A stretch of DNA of 64,000 nucleotides from Vezdaea acicularis (taxonomy: Eukaryota): the NCBI GenBank assembly GCA_026025075.1, contig JAPEUI010000021.1:62001-126000 (forward strand), written 5' to 3'. How positions within the stretch are numbered: position 1 is the first letter of the stretch; every line of letters starts with the position of its first letter. This document shows, piece by piece, positions 11,388 to 22,607 of the stretch. Below the pieces are notes generated by a model. That model saw nothing but the letters and a program-made list of their open reading frames with translations. It made no database searches and was not told the DNA's origin. Both the position numbers and the translations under genes were made by a program.

Positions 11388-12201
11388 TTGCGGCATATTC
11401 CACTTATATGGGCTCTTATGGTGTTGCTCTGCACAGCAGTCATTTCGAATGTTGAGCCAGGTGTGCGTTCGCTGCTCTCTAGCATTTATGGAAAGCTGTA
11501 CTGTATTCTACTTTTGGGGGCCTTATGCAGGATGTAGGACGGGCGCTGCCATCACATTTCCAATTCATTATCTACACTACAAAGTCTCCGAGTAGAAGCG
11601 ACACAATCATATCGTGTATGAGCCCCGCTTGGCTATATGGGCGGGCGACGCGTGTAGGGTGGTCAAAGCGTTTCTCGCCATTGGTATAGGTACTTCGATC
11701 ACAACTCGCCTCAACCAACATCGTCCACACACTCACCATCACGTGCCCTCCCCACCAAATACAAGTCCCTTTCAATTTTCCGTTCGACTTTACAGAAACA
11801 GAGTTTCACACTTGCATGGCCTTTAAACTCTGATCGCAATGTGTGTGTGTGGCAAATTAATGGAAGTGGAAATGAGCACCGGAAAGCTTAAAAAGGGCTC
11901 GCCAACGAAACCCAGCGCCTGTCGGCCAGCGGCGGGAAACTCAATATTTAAGCTTTTCGGCGGCTCGCCCGTCCAAACGAAAATACCTTCCGCATCCGGC
12001 GGAGCTACTGAGCACGGCCAAAGCGGCGTGACCCGCGCTGGCGTGAGACCCCAGAGTAGGGCTTAGGGTGGAATTGATCCAAGGAATATGGGGAGTAGGT
12101 GAGGAAGGGAAGGATCTGGCGGGCATGTGGAACTTGGGGAGCTAGCCATTATGCACCATCACGAAAAGGGACAATTATCGAGAAAAGCAGAAAGTTTAAT
12201 C

Positions 12202-13586
12202 TCATATTCGCATTTGCTCGTCCGGTCCCGACGGATCATCAGGCAGTGACGCGGTGTTCTGCTGGATAGGCTCTATGTCTCCAGCTGATGTCTCTGCGTT
12301 TCTCTCCGCTTCATCATCCTCGTCGTCGTCGCCTTCGTCAAGGTCATCTAGGGGAAAGGTCAAGATCGCGGCGATGCCTCCAAGCCCTTCTAGCCGCTTT
12401 CCGCTCTCATGCTGACTGCTAAAGACGCGGACTTCCCCGCCCTGTTCTTTCACTTTATCAACTAATGCTACCCACCGAGCTCTTATGGCTATCTCCTGTG
12501 ACCTGAACAACTGATTGGAGATCAATAGGAGGCCACCGCCCCTTCCCACTGCACCCTTTTCAACTGCGCGGGTTACTTCTTTAGGCCCGTACCAGGCCCG
12601 TCCATCGTCCTTGCGCAGAAGAGCATGGAACTCATCTATGGATCTGCTCTCGGTAGCAAACTTTGTATCCTTGAGCCGTGCAAGAACTTCAGGCGATTTG
12701 AGGACTTCGTTCAAAGCATGTAAATGCCCAGATGAGGAATGTATGACGATGAACTTCTCTCTGTTGGGGAGTAGAGCTTTATTTTGAGATGACGAAGCGG
12801 TGTCAAAGACAAACTTCTGAAAGGAGGCAGCTGTAAAGCCTGGACTGGCTAGGAGGATAGCTTTGTGCACTTCGAAGTCCACATGCCGTAGTAGGGTTTC
12901 ATATAGAGTCTGAAAGAACTTCGTTAGACCCTATAGCTTGTTAGTTGAAGCTCAGTGACTCTCAAGAAGAGAATCAGAAGAGCTACCTTTTCGTGATCTG
13001 CTATTCGCCCCTGCCGCTTTCGAGGTATTGTTGTCTCCAGTCGCTGCTGAAGTATTGTTTGATGTTCCGTGATTAAGCAGATATTAGCAAGACCATCCTG
13101 CATCACAACTGCTACGACTTCTGCGCCCTTTCTCGGGTCAATAGCTTCCCTCACTACATCTATGGACACACTGTCCCAACCCTGCGACTTCTCGAGCGTA
13201 AAATTCCGGTTGAGCTCCAGGTCTAGCGTATGGTACTGGCCAGCATCCACGTACTCGTTCTCCTCGGCAACTTTCCCAGAAACATGCAACTGCCCTGCTT
13301 GCGCATCAAAATCTACACTAGTAACAACGATTTGGAGGGTTGTGTGGACGCGGTTTGTCACTGTGCTGCCAGTGGCATTTTCTCTCTTCACTCGCCGGAT
13401 AGCGGGCGCTGTGATTATGTCGTTCTGCCGAATGAGGTTATAGGCGTGCCACTGTGCACCCTATTAGCGTGGCCAGGAAACGACCCTCAGGCCTTGACCA
13501 TTACTTACCATATCTTCTGGTACTTCTGGCATTAGCATTACAGTCCCAGAACCTTTCTTTCTAATATTCTGCTTGATCAGTCGCAT
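12202..13586 (-). CDS. DOM34: Pelota/Dom34 ribosome-rescue factor (2 introns)
   Basis: MRL..PEDM|WHAYNLI, GQYHTLDLELNRNF, ILLASPGF, RAWYGPKEV, FSSQHESGKRLEGLGGIAAILTFP. Confidence 0.96.
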
Positions 13587-14150
13587 CGCGAATTCAATTT
13601 GGAGATTATCTCCCTGTATAACCAGGACAAGCCTGGTTCACACGATGAAAGAACAGGTTCACTTTAATATCCAAAATCATGCGGTGCTGCCGTATTCAAA
13701 AGGATGCGATGAGGTATAAATTTGTGACTCTACTTCAAAGCTACAGAGCAGAGCATCGTAAGTTTCGGTTCAAAACAGACTTCCCCAAAATTGTCGATTT
13801 AAATTCCACCTACGAACATGAGGCCCCCTTGACGCTTTAATCTTTAAGTTTCGAGGTTCAATTTCATCTCCTAATTGAGCAAATATTATCCATTTATGGG
13901 TTATAATTAATGACTTGCATTCAGCGGCTCTGGGATCGTGAGGCAAGAATATTTAGACATTCGCTTTATCGATTGCTACGCGAGAATCAGCACGACGTCA
14001 CTTAATCTTTATTATGAGCAAGATTGATAACCGCAACATTCGCCAGCATGTCGATCAATCGCGAGCTTTGAGCAGTTGCTTTAGCATATACATAAAGTCA
14101 TAATTAGTCTTCCGTAAAGAGGCGTGGAAGAATTCATGCTCACGTTCAAC

Positions 14151-15455
14151 ATGGCGAAGCTTACGATCAAATCGTCATTTCGTCTGAATTCAGGCTTTGA
14201 GATCCCCTTGTTAGGTTATGGCGTATGTTGCATCTTTTCTTGGAATGCATGCCCAGTCTGACTCCATATTCTAATGGTAGACTGGTGGTCCTTTAGAAGC
14301 GGTATATTTGATCACTTTGTATTAGCTTTATGTACTCTCGTTGATATGATTTTTGCCTTTACTACAACTAAGAGTCATGCAATCGACTAACTTCTCCTTA
14401 TCAGGTATATCAAACGTAAGTGTGGATACTGAAGGAAAAGGGATATTCTGAACAGATTTGTAGGCCTGCCAATGTGACCGAATCTGTGGTCTCGCATGCC
14501 TTCAAAACAGGATACCGACATGTAGGATCAAACTTGAAAGCCACGCAAGCTCTAGCGATGCTTACCATCACATCAGGTGGACTCAGCTGTTGTATATCGC
14601 AACGAAGCCCCTTGTGGTGTTGCCATCCACAAATCCAAGATACCTCGAGCTGATATCTTCTTCACCTCAAAAATACCCCCTGGATCCATGAATTATGCCA
14701 CAGCTGTAGCTACCATTAACGAGACGTTGGAAAGAACTGGTCTAGAATATGTAGATCTGTAAAGTAGTACTAGTCCAGTCGAAGGGCCCAGCTGACTTTG
14801 CCGCAGCTACCTCATCCATGCTCCATATGGAGGCCGCAAAGCGCGGCTTGAGGTTTGGCAAGCTCTAGTCGAAGCACAACAAGCAGGAAAAATTAGGAGC
14901 TTGGGTGTCTCCAATTACGGCGTTCATCATCTCAATGAACTAGAGACATATATTGAGGAGATCGAGCGGGAGAAGGGCAAAGGGATGGGTGGTGTTCTGA
15001 GCGTGGGCCAATGGGAAGTGCATCCATGGCTTCAGAGGAAAGACATTGTTGAGTGGTGTAAGAAGCGGGGAGTAGTCGTTGAGGTGAGATAAGCCTCGTA
15101 GTATAAAGATAGGCGGCGCTAATCCGCTTGTAGGCGTACTGCCCTATTGTTAGGGGGCAAAGGCTTGGAGAGCCGTCCTTGAAGGCCTTGGCGAAGAAGC
15201 ACGAGAAGACTCCGGCTCAGATTCTTATCAGGTGGAGTTTGCAAAAGGTCAGCAGCTTCCTTCTCTTAATATTAGTCTACTAACAGGCTATTTCTCATAA
15301 AGGGATATGTCCCCCTCCCAAAATCAGTAACACCATCCCGTATCGAGGAGAACGCCGACGTATATGACTTTGATTTATCCACGGATGATATAGCGTCATT
15401 GGATACTGATGAATACTCCCCTTGCTCGTGGGATCCAACCGTAGATAAGGACTAA
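14151..15455 (+). CDS. Aldo/keto reductase (multi-intron, with an 11-nt micro-exon at 14405-14415)
   Basis: LNSGFEIPLLGYG|VYQT, GYRH|VDSAVVYRNE, IFFTSK, YVDL|YLIHAP, IRSLGVSNYG, QWEVHPW, QILIRWSLQK|GYVPLPKSVTPSRIEEN. Confidence 0.93.
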
Positions 15456-17957
15456 AACGGCTATAGCCTTTACAGTGGGGTACACGGACTAGAAGAGATG
15501 GGTGGAGAGTATCAAAAGCGTTTTATTCATGTGGTTTTTGCTGCATACCTCAAATATCTGAAAACACGAGAATATGCACCTGTGGATCCCTGATCTTTCC
15601 TCTTAGGTCTAGGATTGTCCTGACGGATATACATATGGCACCCCCAAACTAATCCCAGTCTTTTGATTTTGGAGAGAGGCCGGCGGTATCATGATAGAGA
15701 AAGTCGAAAGAATTGAAGAATAGAATCTGTGAGGCCGAACAGTCCATCAACCATGACACCCGTTGTCAGCTGAGTCAGTAATGGTCATGAATTTCTAACC
15801 AAGGAAATACATTGAAGATATCGCGTAGAACGGGGCTGTCGCAATGAGGTACGAACAACATTGGGTTGCACGTGGTGGAAAGGCGGTAATGTGGAGCTGT
15901 CTCAATTGGCGCGTTAGCGCTTGTTGGACATATGTTCGCGGACGTTCGATTCTTTCAGAATCGAGGTCTGCTTGTCGACTCAATTGCTGGGGTCTTCACG
16001 AACTCTTCACCCTTTAAGCAGGGTGCGCTTTTCTCATACTAATGCATCACAACTGTAGTCACAACAACCTCAATGCACCCGACCAAAAACTCGGCTTTTT
16101 GTGCTTGATTCTGTTGTGTATCGTGTTTCTATTCTATTTATCATTTGATTAGGTAGACCTTACACCGAAGCGAAAGAGTGAACTGTCACTTACCTAAGTT
16201 ATATTTCATATCTCCAGCCATGGCCCAATCATTGATTCCCTTTTAGCTGTTTCTCTGTCTCCGGCCATTCCCCAAACGTTGATTATCTTTGACCCATTCC
16301 TCCGTCTCTAGGTGGTTGGCATTGAGCTTCTGCGTTGCAAACGGCCGTCGTGGCTAAGGGTGAACCGACTGGGTGGAGCAAGATTCTCTAGGTAATACTG
16401 AGCGTCATATTGGCCACCAATGAAGACAGACACCGCCAGGCCTGAAGCCATATAACCATTGGATTCAACTTCACAGGTTAAGCACATCTTAACCTCAGAT
16501 TCCTAGAAGACGAAGTACAAAGGTCATATCGATGATTGAATTAGGATGACTCCCATCAAAAGAAAAAATTTTCAGTAAACCAAAAATCGCAGCTAATACT
16601 CCTTCTTCAGCCGTTACTCTTGTCGTGTTCAGGGTGTAATTGAGACAGGTCAAAGTCTCAAGAATTTTCTCGGTGGGCTATTTTCTCTAAGGATTTACTT
16701 AGGGTGCACTGTTTCCCTAGCGCTAGTAGTGGTTTGGCCAAATTTGAGAGTAATTGCTCTTTCACAATTGACTTCAGGGAATGGGTTTTCTGAAGAGTTT
16801 TGGTAGTACCCAAAAGGTGACTTGTCAATTGTAATAAGAGAGTACAGGACAACATTATATGCCTGCTTGCAGCTAGTGTGAAGTTGATTTCAGAAGAAAG
16901 ATCGTTCGAATGCCTATTTCGGGTTAGCTCTCGACTTCTCATTCTCCAAATCAGATGGTTGCTTCCCCCGAAGGCCCAGTGATCGAATTTGTCTGAAGAT
17001 AGGGGGTTGCTTGCTGTTCCGCCCTTAGTCAAATGAAGAACGGTGCGATTGTTTTGAATTCTATGACAAATTCAAGCTGCACTGAGCATGACACCTCCTG
17101 GCTACTACAATATATGTACTACCATTTGGTACATCACCCTTTACTTCTACACTGCGTGAGACTTGTGCCTATATCGCATCAAACCTTGTTGCGCTTTGCA
17201 CGCGAGCATCGTTTTTTTGTTTCGTGGCGGCTGCGCTTGGTAAGCAGCCCGGCGCTTATCTATTGGCCGATCTTATCAGCGCGTGATGCCAACCAGCCAG
17301 CAAATCAGCATGCGTCATCGTGTCACGCATCCATAAGCCCGCGTGTGGTTCGTCCAATCATACTTACATCAACGCTTCACGTAGTCTTGTCCACCTGGTG
17401 GAAAAGAGACTCGTTCTTCTCTCGGCGCCTGTTTCAAATCCTTCTCACTTTGCTCTTGTTTGTTTCGTGCTTCCTCTTTCAACGGGTCTGTACCGCGTTA
17501 GATTCTTCTCGGCCACACCCTTCAACAGGGTATCTTTACGCCTCCCTTTTGTGACCATTATCCGCGCTGCTAGGTCAATCCCTGAGCTCTGTGCAAAGCA
17601 AGCTCTGCTGCGGCTTGAAAGAAGATATTGTCTTTCAACGCAATAATTAATCTTAATATGTTCATGACGCGATCGACTATCAAACACTGCTTTACAGCTT
17701 TCGAAAGGTCATTATCAAAAAGGCGATGAAGAGGATTTGATGTCATTTTCCCATCACGCAATTGCTTGCTACTCTAATGGCACCCTGTTACCCAAACCTT
17801 CCTGTGGGATCTGACCGCTGTTCCCCAAGGTTCCCACGGTGATAGAAAGCCACGTAGCAGGCTTGGTTGATCTGGTTGGACAACGTGCGTTCGCTGCATT
17901 AGGTTAAGAAATAATCAAAGCCGGAAAACTCTCGTCAAAAGCCGTTAAGGCGCCAAT

Positions 17958-20213
17958 ATGGCGGAAGCTATCTCTAGAACCCTAGCTTTCCTTGTCGCTT
18001 TCATTGGTTCACTCGCTTCTGCCGTTGTGGTCATTGGTGGTACAAAAACAGAGCCAGATCCACCCCCTTCATCGCCTTTGCTCACGAATCTATTGAATCA
18101 CGAACGACATCTCCTCCACACCTTGCAATCAGTAGTATTACAGGGTAAAAATCTCTTACCTCATCGACTGAGCCAATTTAAAGACAGTGGGGTAAACGAG
18201 TGGGGAATGGTTGCTATCGCTTCATGTTGTGGACTTATCCCAGTCATATGGTTCGTTCGTAGGAAACTCTTGCATGAGAGAACAGAAAGCTCAAGGCCTC
18301 TCTGGTCGCGCGGACCGACCAAGTCTGGTAGAGGATCCGCGGTCTCGCGGAATGATGGGGCGAGCATAAATACTTCAGGTGAGGGTTTGCGCCCAATGGC
18401 GATGGTCTCCAAATGATATTTATACTGAGCAATATATCTCCCAGATGCTACTATAACAGATCCCGGCTTGCTGAAGAAGCACTCAGAGTATCGATCATTC
18501 ACAACGCCTATCCACGGCTTCACGTATCCCGAGATTCGAGTATTCTACCGCCCTCATCCTCAAGCAAATGAACTACCTACAGAGCCTAAGCCGCTTCCTC
18601 TTCTTGTATTCATTCATGGCCTTGGCGGATCGATCGCGCAATTTCACCCTCTCCTCATTAGTCTCATTAATCTGGCACCATGCCTTAGCATCGACCTTCC
18701 TGGGTGTGGTCTATCAAAATTCGCACCGAACTCCTGGGATGCTTATACAATAGGGGCTCTAACCGAGCTTCTCGAAGTCGCCATCGCTAGCTATAGGACT
18801 GATGAACAGGAGATTGTTCTGATAGGGCATAGCTTGGGTTGCTCTTTATCAGCACTCCTCGCCTCTAAATCATCTCGAAGCCGAAGTCACCTAAATGCAC
18901 ACGTTGCCGGGCTCATTGCTATGTGTCCAAAAGCCGAACCGCCTTCTGCAAAAGAAACGAAGTCTTTCCGGTTGATTTTACGGGTCCCTGGATCTGTTTT
19001 TGATCTTTGGAGACGATGGGATAGGTGTGGTGGTACAGAGAGCGCAAGTGTCGCCCGCTTCGTTGGGAAAGACGCAGACACCGAGACCAAAAGACTCCAA
19101 CTCAGATTCAACGAACAAAGTCGTACGCCGGTCTGGAGACGAATGGCGTATGGAACGCTGCCAAAGTATGATATAGTAGGTGTCCCAAACGGCGGTCTCC
19201 CAGGAAGAGCAGTATGGGCTGGGCTTGAAATCCCTGTCTTCCTCATCGCTGGCGAAGCCGACATTGTCACAAAGCCAGAGGAAGTCGAAAAGATTGCTGC
19301 GTTTCTAGGAAAGTCAGGAGTGACCAAAGATTCTAGCCAAAGACCCCGTATTCCTGATACCGCTGCTCCTGTCAACACATCTGTATTGGAGCGTGTATCG
19401 CATATCGCGGCAGACCCTGAGTCTTCAGAAAAATCCATCTCAGCTTCTGACGGGTCTAAGAGCGAAACATCAGGTCTAGATAGGAAAAAGTTGAAGACGA
19501 TAGTCCTCCCACTACCAGCATCCCATGCTCTTCCGTACACAACGAGCACTTCGAGAATTGTCGCTGGTCTCATTACGGACTTCCTTGCGTCGCACGTATC
19601 ACCTCGACTTTCCCTTGGCTGGCAACTTCAATACCTCTCTACCGAGGGAAAGTGGGATGTCAAGAATCTTGAGAAATGGAAAAAGGTGCTCGCGGTCTCC
19701 GAACCTATTGGGGGTGTTTTTCGTGCCATTAAGACCCTCCGAGAAGTAGACGAAAGGCACCGTCCCGAAATCTTCGTCAAAGAGTGGGGTGAAAATATCA
19801 AGGACATTGTTGATATCAGCCATGAGAGCCCTGTATATGACCCTCGGGGGCTTGAAAAGGGCGGTATCCGATATCATAAGTTCCCAACCGTAAGCAAGAT
19901 ACCGCCAACTGATGCCGAAGTCGATGAATTTGTGAACCTGATTGATCGATTGGTTGAAGAGCGCAATGCAGCTGAGCAGAAGGAAGGCGTTCCTGCAGAA
20001 CGGCATGCCTTGATCGGCGTCCATTGCCATTATGGCTACAACCGAACAGGCTACTTTATAGTCGCGTATTTGGTCGATCGTTGTGGCTATCGCCTACAGA
20101 CTGCAATCGATGAGTTCGAGGCGAAGAAACCTCCTGGCATAAAACATATTCATTTCATCAACGCCTTGCATGTAAGATACTGCGTGGGACTCAAAAGGCG
20201 TCCCACACTATGA
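17958..20213 (+). CDS. Alpha/beta-hydrolase fused to a dual-specificity (PIR1/DUSP11-like) cysteine phosphatase; hydrophobic N-terminus; intron 18379-18444
   Basis: VFIHGLGGS oxyanion motif, GHSLG nucleophile elbow, GEAD and ASH candidate triad residues. The C-terminal domain has IVDISHESPVY and the P-loop VHCHYGYNRTG. Confidence 0.88.
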
Positions 20214-20665
20214 TATGGCGGCGTTAGACTGAAGCAGTAATACAATGCAAGCAGCATGTCTTACGGTCTGCCAATCCTTCTCCTGGGCGCGCTGCGGAGT
20301 TCACAGATTGGCGTAGTGGGCATTTCATGGAGTCATCCCTGACACGCTTTTTGCTCGTGTAAACAGCGAGATAGATTTGTAAATGATTAATGGTATACAA
20401 TCAAACAAAGAAAGCATCATAATACGTGACGTCTTACTAGTAGCCAGCAGTGTTCTTGTGCATCGCGGTCTAGCCCATAGATTTAACGATACCAGCATCT
20501 CGCGATGGCGTAGGGCTTCGAGCCCGCACCTCGCCAAACTGCAACTAGCGCGAATATCTCGACACAATCCTAAATTTCAAGGTTATCGTATTGTGCTTAC
20601 AGAGGGTGATCTACACCCGCTTTATCACATCACCTCGACAAAAGGACGCTGTCACAACCAGGAAG

Positions 20666-21534
20666 ATGGGTGGTGTCAACGTTCGTGATGTTGAGGTATG
20701 TAGTCTCTCACTTGCTTTGCGTTGAAAAGCGGTCTCGGGCCTTCGGCAGCTGGGAGTTTCCAAGGATGTGGGCATGAAGACAGAGCCTCGAGCACTGGGA
20801 GTCCCAGTCCAAGGGGACCTCCACAGAGTTTTGCACAATTGCAGAGATAACATTCACTAATTTTCCTCTTTCACAAGGCCCAAAAGTTCATTGAGGCCTA
20901 TGCGGCTTTCCTGAAGCGACAGGGCAAGCTGCCAATTCCAGGTACGAGCTCGGAACATCCTTCTGCAGCGAAATCAGTGAAATTACTTCAATACTACACG
21001 CGGACCTTTGTTCTAGAATACTGACGAAGAATGTTTTCAGGTTGGGTCGACACTGTGAAGACCTCTCACTCGAAGGAGCTCCCCCCACAGTCTATCGACT
21101 GGTACGCCATACACGTCTTTCCGCCCCAAATCTCCTCATATCCGATACTGATCTTCTCTAGGTTCTACATCCGTGCTGCTGCTGTAGCTAGGCACACCTA
21201 CCTTCGTCCACGGGTTGGTATCGGCCGGCTACGAAAAGTTCATGGCTCGCAGAAGAACCGTGGATCAAGACCCAGTCACCACGTCGACGCTTCAGGTGCT
21301 GTAGATAGGAAGGTATGCCAAGCGCTGGAGAAGATCGGTGTGTTGGAACTGGACGAAGAGAAAGGTGGACGGAAAATCAGCCAGGCAGGAATGCGTGATT
21401 TGGACAGTGAGTGATATTTCCTTCATCCTTGGTGACAATGAGTCGACTACACGTTCCGTGGCTGACGTGGCTTTACTGTAGGGATCGCACAGCAGACAAT
21501 ACAGGAAGAAGAAGAGGATGACGAGGATGAGTAG
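20666..21534 (+). CDS. RPS19: 40S ribosomal protein S19 (eS19), 4 introns
   Basis: MGGVNVRDVE|AQKFIEAYAAFLKRQGKLPIP|GWVDTVKTSHSKELPPQSIDW|FYIRAAAVARH..KNRGSRPSHH. Confidence 0.97.
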
Positions 21535-21749
21535 GGGCATGTAATGGTAATATTCACTTGTTGCATCCACGACTACGAAGAGATTGTTTCTAGGAATTGA
21601 ATGCTACAACCTTCTCTCTTGTAAGCCGACCAGATCTCCTGGCAGTCGAGGGTAGTGATAAAAGACAACCACCTTCCTCTCCCGTTGCTCTCTCTTATCT
21701 TAAGTACGAAACCATGAATGCATTGATTGCGCGCCCTATTGACATATGA

Positions 21750-22607
21750 ATTCCTCTCCAAAACTCCAGAAGACCCCTCGCGAATACATCCGGTTTCTCT
21801 TCCGTAAATGATGGCCTATTTCCTCAGCGAATAAGAATCGAGATCTGTCTGTCAGGTGTCTTGGAAAACATGATATCCGCGTCATTCCAATGCTTGCTTC
21901 TTTCCCCAATCATCGCCAATGTGAGCGCTACACTCCCCTTCTCCTTTGACCGTTTTCAGAACATGTCTACATCCGCTCACACACTCTATAGATCTCAAAT
22001 GTGCACCTCATAACACCAGGGTTTGAATATAATCCAGAACGATGATCCTTACCGTTATTAGCGATCGCGGTGGTTTTATGTCTAATTTTCTCGGAGAATC
22101 AATCGGGATAAACGCGCTCACTCCCTACAACTAACGCCTGGGGTAATTAGGGCACGCTGAAGAACATGAAATGGAATTGGTACAACGCGTGCGTCGTCTT
22201 TATTGGTTTCATGTACAGATGCTCCCATGAATGAATACTTGCCCATGCAATGCTAGCGAGGCGACCTAAGGCTTTCAAAGTAACAGCGTAGGCAAGCATG
22301 CGGCTAATGTCCCCGCCCACGAGGTCGATGGACTTGATTTTGTGGAGATGGTTGAGGAGCAATACAATTTTTGTCGCCATGTTGAGTTTGGTGATTCCCG
22401 TGGTAGGCTTGGAGGAGACGCCGGTGCTGCAATATCTGGGGGCTTAGACGCAATATATGGCTTTACATAGGGGGTTGACCACATGGCGGAACTGGTACGA
22501 GTTTTGGGAAAAGCCATGGAGAAGACAATCACTACTTTCAAGGGGATATCTAGGGAGAGGGTGCAATCAATGCATGCTATGTAGATTGGACGGGTGGTGC
22601 CATTCAT
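21750..22607 (-). pseudogene. Decayed epoxide-hydrolase/haloacetate-dehalogenase-like alpha/beta hydrolase
   Basis: Fragments across frames: LLHGFSQNSYQFRHVVNPL, V*APRYCSTGVSSKP (family pattern IAPDYRGAGxSSKP), LVGGDISRMLAYA (family VGHDIGGMVA), QFHFMFFSVP*LP and TEEKPDVFARGLLEF. There are in-frame stops at 22444-22446 and 22147-22149 plus frameshifts. Confidence 0.8.

Noticed and set aside
11900..12045. Hammerhead ribozyme (CGAAAC motif with a possible stem III)
   Set aside because: There is no CUGANGA core and no correctly placed cleavage triplet.
11761..12070. RNase MRP/RNase P RNA (TTTACAGAA P3-like loop; AAGTCCCT paired with AGGGCTTA as a P4-like helix)
   Set aside because: The CR-I candidate lacks the invariant GAAAG and lies upstream of the P3-like element, the wrong order. 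There is also no P1 helix.
11734..12163. 10-bp direct repeat CACCATCACG (11734-11743 and 12154-12163) read as a target-site duplication of a MITE
   Set aside because: There are no convincing terminal inverted repeats directly inside the repeats and no second copy in the window. It cannot be fully excluded without a genome-wide search.
17359..17370. ATACTTAC as the start of a U1 snRNA gene
   Set aside because: It is not followed by CTG/CTT, a stem-loop I or an Sm site, so it is likely a chance match.
18887..19573. Long antisense ORFs (for example 18887-19573, 40833-41465, 42300-42998, 39553-40083)
   Set aside because: They are shadows of real genes on the opposite strand and show no protein motifs.
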